Shown here one piece after another: positions 1 through 7,313 of a DNA stretch of 32,000 nucleotides (positions are counted from its first letter, which is position 1; every line of letters starts with the position of its first letter). The DNA is from Thermodesulfobacteriota bacterium. Its GTDB lineage: Bacteria; Desulfobacterota; WTBG01; JAGOGO01. A program made the position numbers and the translations under genes. The DNA is taken from NCBI GenBank assembly GCA_026625185.1, contig CP113000.1, positions 2,532,651 to 2,564,650 on the forward strand. The letters run 5' to 3'. A model generated the notes under the pieces. The model saw nothing but the letters and a program-made list of their open reading frames with translations, did no database searches and was not told where the DNA came from.

Positions 1-160
1 CCACCAGAATACATCCTATGGGAGCCGCCACTGTACCCATTTCCGCGGTTCCCACCAGAATACATCCTATGGGAGCCGCCACTGTACCCATTTCCGCGGT
101 TCCCACCAGAATACATCCTATGGGAGCCGCCACTGTACCCATTTCCGCGGTTCCCACCAT
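1..160. repeat. Perfect 51-bp tandem repeat: copies at 1-51, 52-102 and 103-153, plus the first 7 nt of a fourth; may continue beyond the window
   Basis: Direct reading shows the unit ccaccagaatacatcctatgggagccgccactgtacccatttccgcggttc repeated without mismatch. The 51-nt period equals 17 codons and is in frame with the minus-strand CDS. Confidence 0.95.
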
Positions 161-575
161 AGTATCCCCTATGGTTGTCGCCATAGTATCCCCCGTCATG
201 GTGTCCACCGCCATGGTATCCGTAATGATGCCCACCATAGTATCCCCCATAATATCCATACCAAGGCCAATAATAGGTACCATAGTAGCCATAGTAAGGT
301 CTATAATAGCCGCCATAGTACCCATATCCGGGTTCGCCATAATAACCATAGTCTCCTCCATACACAACTGGAGATGCGGGGTAATAGCCTGGGGGATAAA
401 AAAAAGAATTAATGATCGCAGCCGTTCCATTAAGGACAGCAGACATTCCTATCCCGACCGCGTAAAAAGGCCAGAAAAGGGGCCAGAAAATGTCCACCTC
501 AGCTTTGGCGGGAGTGGCTGTTAGAAGGGTTATGGTTAGGGTTAATCCTACTATGAAAGTTAATGTCTTTTTCAT
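1..575 (-). CDS. Secreted Gly/Tyr/His-rich low-complexity repeat protein, 3'-partial (runs off the left edge)
   Basis: My reverse-strand translation from the ATG at 575-573 gives MKKTLTFIVGLTLTITLLTATPAKA/EVD, a signal peptide with an AxA cleavage site. A hydrophobic stretch follows, then GGDYGYYGEPGYGYYGGYYRPYYGYYG...GGHHYGYHGGGHHDGGYYG and repeated GGNRGNGYSGGSHRMYS units. It is absent from the ORF track because it has no in-window stop. The Shine-Dalgarno (AAGGG) is weak. Confidence 0.6.
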   Translation of the reverse strand, partial: MKKTLTFIVGLTLTITLLTATPAKAEVDIFWPLFWPFYAVGIGMSAVLNGTAAIINSFFYPPGYYPASPVVYGGDYGYYGEPGYGYYGGYYRPYYGYYGTYYWPWYGYYGGYYGGHHYGYHGGGHHDGGYYGDNHRGYYGGNRGNGYSGGSHRMYSGGNRGNGYSGGSHRMYSGGNRGNGYSGGSHRMYSG

Positions 576-1043
576 TTTTTTACCCTTTTATTCTTTGGAA
601 CTCGTTTTTTAAATATTATTACCAACCTAATTATTTGCCCAAGCATTCATTAAAAAGTTAATTAATATTTTACTATTTTAATAAATATTTAACGCTAATC
701 TCTATTTGCTAAGACGCATAACTTCTAAAATAGTTTACAAGAAATAAGCACCACAAAAAAATATTTTTTTGGTAGGTCGTTGTCAGGACTAAAAGGATAA
801 CATATTAATTAAATGATATTTTTTTATCATTTCTCTTCCAATAGTGAAAATACTATTTAAAATTAAAAAACTTTCTTTTTTTACCGTTAAAAATCAGCTA
901 AGCCAATTCTGGAGAGAGAAGGTAAAACCACCATAAAAAAATAAGTTGGGCGTAACCTTGGATATTTATTTGTAGAAGTTTAAAAGCTGGTCCCGGGCGG
1001 TGTTAATTAATTAAAAAAACAATCAATTCAAGAGGGAACGACT

Positions 1044-1214
1044 ATGTTGATAGCAGCAGTGATTTTGTTTGCCATTGCTGCCTTGTTTGGCTTGACGATG
1101 GCCCTAAGGCATTTTCAGGGTAAGACGCCGCCTCCGGTCGCATTGGCGCAGGGTTGCATGGCGTGTTTGCCGCGTCTGAACAAGAAGGCTTTAAAAGGAT
1201 GGCACAAGCCTTAG
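1044..1214 (+). CDS. Small hydrophobic protein (56 aa), probably a truncated or frameshifted membrane-protein remnant
   Basis: ATG at 1044 is preceded by GAGGGA. Translation is MLIAAVILFAIAALFGLTMALRHFQGKTPPPVALAQG..., one TM helix followed by non-membrane-like sequence. An alternative frame continues as ...GLHGVFAAS, suggesting a frameshift. It falls below the ORF-track size cutoff. Confidence 0.25.
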   Translation: MLIAAVILFAIAALFGLTMALRHFQGKTPPPVALAQGCMACLPRLNKKALKGWHKP

Positions 1215-1474
1215 GCTGCAGCATACCATGGACAAGAGAAAATCAGAGGTGAGGCACAATAATGAAAGCGACTCAACAGTTAACATTTTTCTTTTAAAAA
1301 TTGATACCTCAATTAATTTAGGAGGTCATTCGATCTGTAAAAGAGTTCACGGAAGGTGAATCCTTCTCGGGTGATGTCACCCTCTCGGCTCTTCAATTCA
1401 ACGGTTTCAAGGCCAAAGATGAAAACTGAATTTTTTGCATTTCACCTATCGGTCGGGGGTTGCACCTGTAATAC

Positions 1475-3211
1475 TTAATGCCCCACATCCTCATGAACGG
1501 CTGCGCAAAGATTCTGATTAGTGCTATAATCTATGGGAATATCAACAATCACGGGCCCCGTCAAGTTAAGGGCCCTTGAAAGTAAAGGGGTTATATCGTC
1601 GGTACTGTTGATCCGCAATCCTATTGCACCGAAGGATTCGGCAAATTTAACGATGTCCACGCTTCCAAATTCTACGCCGAAGGAGCGTCCGTATTTGAGC
1701 TGCTGCTGTATTTTTACCAAATCATAGCTCCCGTCCCTCCATACGAGGTGGACAAAATTGCTCTTTTCGCGTACTGCTGTCTCAAGTTCCATCGCCGAGA
1801 ACAAGAATCCCCCGTCCCCTGACATTGAGATTACCTTTTCTCCTGGACGCGCCAAGGTAGTTGCAATTGCCCAGGGGAGGGCTACCCCTAATGTTTGCTG
1901 TCCGTTGCTGAAGAGCAATCGGCGAGGTTCATAGCTGGCAAAATATCTGGCCATCCAAACATAGATTGAGCCAACATCACAGACCACCGTGACATCATCA
2001 CCTATGAGATTTCTCATTTCATATATGAGCCGCATGGGGTGTATGGGAAACCCTGATTGTCTTGCCCCCAGGGCCTTTGCTTCAAGGAGAGCATCCTGGA
2101 CCTCCATGACCAAAGGGTTTGACGTAGGGTCATCCATACGGGGTCTGAGGTGCTTGGCAAGTTCGTCAATATTCGTCGCAATTTCGCCAAGTAGTTCCAT
2201 TTTCGGCTGATAGTACTTGTCAATGACCGGGATATGGTTCTCTATGCTGATAATCGTCCCTTCTCTGCCTTTGTTCCATGTTTCTGGGTCGTATTCAACG
2301 GGGTCAAATCCAACAGTGATTACTACATCAGCCTTTTTTAAGAGCCTGTCGCCCGGCTGATTCTGGAATATTCCGAGACTGCCGGCATAACAGTTAAAAA
2401 GCTCTCTGGGGAGTACGCCGGATGCCTGGTAAGTGTTAACAAACGGCATTGGGTATTGGTTCAACAGCCTTCTTAATGCCTGGGTTACTTCGGGCCTACT
2501 CGCTGAAACACCCGCAAAAACAACAGGCATTTTTGCTGAATTGATGATCGCAGCAGCATTTTTAACAGCCTCTACACTGAAAGCACCTCTGCCGCCCGGG
2601 GGAAAGAACCTGATTGGAGTGGTATCGACAGCGCCAACAAGAACATCCTGGGGGAGGCTGATGAATGAAGCACCTAAAGGCGGGGTGATACTCTGCCGGA
2701 AGGCGTTCACCACTACCTCGGGGATACTGTTACCGTCATATACCTCAACCGCATATTTGGTAACGGGTTGCATGACCCCGACATTATTAAGGCATTGATG
2801 TGTTTTTATGTGTCGCATCCCGCGGCGGACATTTCCTCCCAGGGCAACGAGCGGGTATCCATCACATGTAGCAGTTGAGAGGCCGGTGGTAAGATTTGTC
2901 ACACCCGGGCCAGAAGTGACAAGACATACCCCTGGTGTGCCGGTTAAAAGGCCGATCATCCCTGCCATGAAGGCCGCATTCTGCTCGTGACGGCACAATA
3001 TTAAACGTGGACCATGGTCTGAAAGCACATCGAAGATGGTATCTACCTTTGCGCCTGGAATACCGAAAATATATTGAACACCCTGTTCTTCAAGACATTG
3101 CACCAATAATTCTGCCCCGGTACTTGCTATAGAAGTATTGTTATTATTTATGTGTATCCTCGTTTTTTTTAAGGGTGAATCTCCCTCCCTTCGGGGGGGA
3201 AATAGGGTCAT
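1475..3211 (-). CDS. alsS: Acetolactate synthase, catabolic (AlsS/BudB-type ThDP enzyme)
   Basis: 578-aa ORF with GAELLVQCLEEQGVQYIFGIPGAKV, RHEQNAAFMAGMIG, LVTSGPGVTNL and the ThDP motif SMSGDGGFLFS. It has a 4-bp ATGA overlap with the upstream acetolactate decarboxylase gene. There is a ~30-aa N-terminal extension relative to the usual AlsS start, so the start is uncertain. Confidence 0.85.
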   Translation of the reverse strand: MTLFPPRREGDSPLKKTRIHINNNNTSIASTGAELLVQCLEEQGVQYIFGIPGAKVDTIFDVLSDHGPRLILCRHEQNAAFMAGMIGLLTGTPGVCLVTSGPGVTNLTTGLSTATCDGYPLVALGGNVRRGMRHIKTHQCLNNVGVMQPVTKYAVEVYDGNSIPEVVVNAFRQSITPPLGASFISLPQDVLVGAVDTTPIRFFPPGGRGAFSVEAVKNAAAIINSAKMPVVFAGVSASRPEVTQALRRLLNQYPMPFVNTYQASGVLPRELFNCYAGSLGIFQNQPGDRLLKKADVVITVGFDPVEYDPETWNKGREGTIISIENHIPVIDKYYQPKMELLGEIATNIDELAKHLRPRMDDPTSNPLVMEVQDALLEAKALGARQSGFPIHPMRLIYEMRNLIGDDVTVVCDVGSIYVWMARYFASYEPRRLLFSNGQQTLGVALPWAIATTLARPGEKVISMSGDGGFLFSAMELETAVREKSNFVHLVWRDGSYDLVKIQQQLKYGRSFGVEFGSVDIVKFAESFGAIGLRINSTDDITPLLSRALNLTGPVIVDIPIDYSTNQNLCAAVHEDVGH

Positions 3212-4056
3212 TTTTCCGCTTTATCTAAATCCTTGCCGATGTCCCGTGTTAGATCGGCGGTGAGAAAATCCAACGTGATGGGCAAACCCACATCGAGTTT
3301 AGGCACATGCTGGATACCTATGCGGGCGCTTTTCAAGGTACACTCGATTAAATGACCGCCGTGCCGGCGGTCTTCTGTGAGGAAGTGCATGTGGTAACCC
3401 GGCGCATTGAGCGATTCCATAAAGCGGGGGGTGTAAAATCCGGCAAGACAGCCCTGTACATCGTAAAAGTCAAAAACCGGCTGGTTTTTTGTGGCTTCAA
3501 CGAGTGGCTTATAATTTTCCGACCGCAGAACTGCCCTTGTTCTGACGTGGCTGAATGCACCATCAATGCGGATTGCGTAGAGCATGTTCTCCGAGGGGAT
3601 AAGCGTATTTAGAAGGTTGTAGAATTCTTTGGGGGTGTGGTTTTCCTCAATAGCGTCAAAAGTATCGGGACTGAAAAAAGTGACACAGGCAAACGGTGAC
3701 TGCTCATCGTCTTTGACACTATAGACATCTCCGTCAGACCTTATCTGGTAAACATTTCCATCAAGAATGACCATCTCTCCATCAAGGTAATTAAATGTTC
3801 CCAGACCAAAGTCACCATGTTCCTTTATACGGGCCATGGTGGTATCCTCTACATAAAAACCATCAACGAGCGCAATGATGGGGGCGGAAATAAAAACAGC
3901 GTTGCCGCCCTTTTCATTGAAAAGAAATCTTCTAAGGGCCTGTTTGATCAGGTCAATTACTGAAACCCCCATACGTTCCGCTAAAATTGTGAGCCGGTTC
4001 AATTGGTCCTGCGGTAAGTTAAGTTCAAGTTTTGAAAAGACAGGGTTGTTAATCAT
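3208..4056 (-). CDS. alsD: Alpha-acetolactate decarboxylase with an N-terminal ribbon-helix-helix (CopG-like) domain
   Basis: 282-aa ORF. Residues from ~50 onward match the AlsD/BudA pattern (ALVDGFY..DTT...IKEHGDFGLGTFNYLDGEMVILDGNVYQIRSDG...SPFACVTFF). Residues ~9-45 (KLELNLPQDQLNRLTILAERMGVSVIDLIKQALRRFL) fit the RHH beta-alpha-alpha pattern. Confidence 0.85.
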   Translation of the reverse strand: MINNPVFSKLELNLPQDQLNRLTILAERMGVSVIDLIKQALRRFLFNEKGGNAVFISAPIIALVDGFYVEDTTMARIKEHGDFGLGTFNYLDGEMVILDGNVYQIRSDGDVYSVKDDEQSPFACVTFFSPDTFDAIEENHTPKEFYNLLNTLIPSENMLYAIRIDGAFSHVRTRAVLRSENYKPLVEATKNQPVFDFYDVQGCLAGFYTPRFMESLNAPGYHMHFLTEDRRHGGHLIECTLKSARIGIQHVPKLDVGLPITLDFLTADLTRDIGKDLDKAEK

Positions 4057-4245
4057 AATTTTCCGGGAGGTTTCTCGATTTTTCGGCCCCGGGGGGCATT
4101 AAATAAATTTTTTATTTTAATAACACAAGAAAGACAAATAATCAATATAAACATACCGATTCTCCGGATAAAAATCCAATAATATCTAAAGAAATCAATA
4201 TGCAGGTGGTTTTTGATTGCCTTTCCTAATGTCATCCATCAAGTG

Positions 4246-4569
4246 TCAGTTCTCGAAACTAAAGTGGATGCACGGATCCTTATAGCCTTCGAGGTATTTC
4301 GCGATCGCATTAGGGAGTGTTTCCATTCCAAGCTGCAGACTGGCTTCGTCCAGGATAAGTTCGGCAAATCTCTTGCCAATTATTTCATCGCACGGGTTTT
4401 TTGGCGGTAAGACAGGTCTCGAAAGGGGCAGATGATTTTCAATAATCGCATCCACCTCTGATTCGTGAATGAAGGCGTCACAAAATACCCGAGGCGCGCT
4501 TTCATTAACCTCCACAATCACCTTTTTCGAACGCTGTGAAGCAAAAAGGAATATATGTTGCAGCCCCAA
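4246..4569 (-). pseudogene. Remnant of an acetyl-CoA hydrolase/transferase-family (4-hydroxybutyrate CoA-transferase-like) gene
   Basis: The 107-aa fragment has VIVEVNESAPRVFCDAFIHESEVDAIIENHLPL...DEIIGKRFAELILDEASLQLGMETLPNAIAKYL..DPCIHFS. This resembles the family core (VI.EVN...PRT.GD..IH.S.ID.IVE; LI.DG.TLQ.GIG.IPNAV; GIH.E). It covers only about a quarter of a normal protein, with a TTG-only start and a premature stop. A further fragment in another frame may extend it to ~4790. Confidence 0.5.
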
Positions 4570-5534
4570 AGCCGAAATACTCTGCTTTATCCATGGTCGA
4601 TAGGTTGTGGTTAAGGTTGGGTCAGCAATTAAGTATCCTGTAAAAAACTGGGAACCTGGTAAAACAGCGAGGAAATATACTACGCAAGGTCGGCACGTAC
4701 CATTTTGCGAACCGGGTCACTGACAAACCAGGCATTCGCCTGTACGCAGTCAGCAACATCGAGGGTAAAATAAAGAGTCACCCTGAGCGAAAGCGGTGGG
4801 GTCGCGGCATGGTAGAAAGAAGGGGATTCTAAGAGTTTCGCTGAGACTTATGTTGGTTTTGGAAAATAAATTTTTGTTGAAAACTCCTGTGATCTGTTAT
4901 AGTCTTTAGGACTACCTGAAAGATTTTGGGGGTGGATTATGGTCCCTGACCCCGGATTACAAGAGAATTTACAGATTGAACTAATTTGAGCCAGTTCTGC
5001 ATTGACATACAAGACCGTTTTTTTAGGCCCCCCCGAAAAAGCAATGCCTTATCAATCAGATCAGAATAAGAACAATCAGAATTAGACAGGTCATTCAGAA
5101 GTTGGGTGACAATCTTCGATTTTAAATTAACCTTTTTTCAATACAACATTTTAAGAAACAACAAGAAGTTGGTTATTACCCCAATTTGTGAAGATGCCTA
5201 CGATCTCTGATCATATCTGCTATCTATGCTGCCGATCACCTGTTGACAAAGGATAGCCAGTAATATCTGTATCTGAAAGAATAAATTTTTTGGATACAGG
5301 AAACTTTTTTGCCGCTGACAGCGATTACTATAACCTTGTGAATCTCAACTACGGAACGATTGTATTTTGCTTTGCTGCGCTGTTAGCCGGCTGATCTTGA
5401 ATTTGAGGCCACTGATCAATCTGCAGCTGCCGAAATGCAGCGCGAGCGGTACATTTGAACTTGGAATGGCTTTTCTGGGTGGTCCACAAGACAGTGTTTT
5501 TCAGTTTTTAAATCCAACAAACAGGAGGATTATC

Positions 5535-5870
5535 ATGGAGATTCAAATTAGGAGAGAAAGCAAGGCAACGGTCGTGACGGTAACTGGGCGGATGGATACG
5601 CTGACGGCTCCGGCATACCAGACGAAGCTGAATGATCTGATTGCAGAGGAAATAACCTCTTTTGTGATTGATTTCGCCGGCCTTGATTACATCAGCAGTG
5701 CCGGGCTTCGGGTGATTCTCTCGACCGCCAAGGTGGTGAAAGGAAAGGGGGGGCAGGTTAGTTTCGCCAATCTGAAGGGGACGGTCAGGGAGGTGTTCGA
5801 AGTGTCCGGCTTCGGCTCCCTGTTCCCTATGTACGACTCGGTGGCCGTTGCCTTGTCTGAGATCGGTTGA
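5535..5870 (+). CDS. Anti-sigma-factor antagonist (STAS domain, SpoIIAA/RsbV-like)
   Basis: ATG at 5535 sits 6 nt after AGGAGGA. The 111-aa product has the STAS pattern and the phosphorylatable Ser motif DFAGLDYISSAGLRVIL. The longer track ORF (from 5367) has no SD and a non-protein-like N-terminus. Confidence 0.85.
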   Translation: MEIQIRRESKATVVTVTGRMDTLTAPAYQTKLNDLIAEEITSFVIDFAGLDYISSAGLRVILSTAKVVKGKGGQVSFANLKGTVREVFEVSGFGSLFPMYDSVAVALSEIG

Positions 5871-5877
5871 CACAGCC

Positions 5878-6306
5878 ATGGAATTCACAACTATGACATA
5901 TGTGGCCAGTGTCGACAATCTTGACAGGGTCATTGGTTTTGTGGAGGGTTGCGCGGATCGATTCGGCCTGAAAGGTGTGAAAAAGTCCCGGATGCTGGTC
6001 GCCATTGAGGAGGCCCTTGCGAATTTCTTCCATTATGCCTATCCCCGCAGTGAGGAAAAGGTCGAGCTTGCCTGCCCCGGCGGAGGTAATTTTTTGGTAA
6101 TCAAGATCGCAGACAGTGGTGTCGCATTCAACTTGCTGTTGCTACCCGATCCGAACATTACGGCCGACATAATTGAACGTAAAATCGGCGGACTGGGTGT
6201 CTATCTTATTCGCATGCTGACTGACGATGTGAGCTGCCAGAGAAAAGACGGGCGGAATATCCTCAGGATGGTTCTGCTCACACGCAATGCGGAGGCTCTG
6301 TCATGA
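5878..6306 (+). CDS. Anti-sigma regulatory factor / Ser-protein kinase (SpoIIAB/RsbW-like, HATPase_c_2)
   Basis: MEFTTMTYVASVDNL... carries an N-box-like EEALANFFHYAY, a G1 box ADSGVAFN and a G2 box GGLGVYLIRMLTDD. It starts 8 nt after the STAS stop, and its stop overlaps the next start (ATGA at 6303). Confidence 0.8.
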   Translation: MEFTTMTYVASVDNLDRVIGFVEGCADRFGLKGVKKSRMLVAIEEALANFFHYAYPRSEEKVELACPGGGNFLVIKIADSGVAFNLLLLPDPNITADIIERKIGGLGVYLIRMLTDDVSCQRKDGRNILRMVLLTRNAEALS

Positions 6307-7313
6307 CGAGGGCAGTTTCAGCGATGTTTAGAGTATTTCTGGTGGCGGCGGTGGTAATACTTTGTGTAGTCGCTTCCTCACCTGCCTGTGCTTCTGAGCC
6401 CACGCTTAAAAAAGCATCCTTAATCCCGCTGTGGGGTCCGCAAGCCCAGTTTGCCGGATATTATATGGCGCTAAACAAGGGGTTCTATAGAGCACATGGC
6501 ATTGACCTGACCATACTAAGCGGTGGGCCAAACAACTCAGCCTCTGAATATCTGAGCCGCGGCAAGGCGGATTTCGCAGTGCTCTGGCTCACCACTGCGA
6601 TTTATGAGCGAGCGGCGGGAGTGAAACTGATCAATCTGGCACAGATTGTTCAAAAATCCTCCATGATGCTGGTTGCCAAAAAATCAAGCGGCATCACCAC
6701 GCCGGCCGATATTAACGGGAAAAAGGTTGGTCTCTGGCGATGGCCTTTCGCTATTTCCCCCCACGTTTTTTTCAAGAAATACGACCTGCGGGTACATGAG
6801 GTGCCACAATCCTACACTATAAATTTATTTCTACGGGACGGGATTGATGTGGCCTCCGCCATGGGTTACAACGAATACCATACTATTCTTAATGCCGGAT
6901 TTGATCCCGATGAACTGAGCATATTTCTGCTCAGGGATTATGGTATAAACCTGCCGGAAGACGGTCTCTACTGCCTTGAAAAAACATTAAAGAATGATCC
7001 GGTCCTTACGAAGGATTTTGTGCAAGCATCGCTAGAGGGGTGGAACTATGCCTTTGCGCACCCTGACGAAACGCTGGATATCGTCATCAACTACATGCGG
7101 GAGGCAAAGCTACCGGCCAGCCGAATGCACCAGAAATGGATGTTGGAACAGCTGCGCGACCTGATCATGCCCAAGGGTAACCAATTGGTAACCGGATGTC
7201 TTACGCAGAACGATTACAAAACAGCAGGACATATTCTGCTGCAAGTGGGTGAGATCCAGACCATTCCCGACTTTAATGCATTTATGGGGAGGACCGAAGA
7301 TGCTCACCAATAG
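6303..7313 (+). CDS. Periplasmic substrate-binding protein, NMT1/THI5-like (NitT/TauT-type ABC SBP fold), orphan
   Basis: 336 aa with a signal peptide (VFLVAAVVILCVVASSPACA/SE) and an SBP-like body (PLWGPQAQFAGYYMALNKGFY...GIDL...). No permease or ATPase genes are adjacent. It is translationally coupled to both neighbours. Confidence 0.7.
   Translation: MTRAVSAMFRVFLVAAVVILCVVASSPACASEPTLKKASLIPLWGPQAQFAGYYMALNKGFYRAHGIDLTILSGGPNNSASEYLSRGKADFAVLWLTTAIYERAAGVKLINLAQIVQKSSMMLVAKKSSGITTPADINGKKVGLWRWPFAISPHVFFKKYDLRVHEVPQSYTINLFLRDGIDVASAMGYNEYHTILNAGFDPDELSIFLLRDYGINLPEDGLYCLEKTLKNDPVLTKDFVQASLEGWNYAFAHPDETLDIVINYMREAKLPASRMHQKWMLEQLRDLIMPKGNQLVTGCLTQNDYKTAGHILLQVGEIQTIPDFNAFMGRTEDAHQ

Noticed and set aside
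1-160. Possible CRISPR array, because of identical short repeats
   Set aside because: The 51-bp units are directly contiguous with no spacers, and they lie in frame inside a coding sequence. This is a coding tandem repeat, not a CRISPR array.
18-524. 168-aa plus-strand ORF (MGAATVPISAVPTRIHP...) across the tandem repeats
   Set aside because: The opposite strand has an ATG with an upstream purine-rich SD-like site, a classic signal peptide with an AxA cleavage site, and a coherent GY-rich repeat product. The plus-strand frame is open only as a by-product of the repeat composition and has no recognisable start context.
5299-5312. Sigma-54-like GG-N10-GC (caGGaaactttttTTGCc) upstream of the STAS operon
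   Set aside because: Only the GG and TTGC cores match, the -24 element is otherwise poor, and the site is ~220 nt from the start codon. The support is too weak to call.
5508-6033. Minus-strand ORFs (165 aa and 68 aa) across the STAS and kinase genes
   Set aside because: They are antisense to two motif-supported genes that have an SD-supported start (STAS) and tight operon spacing.
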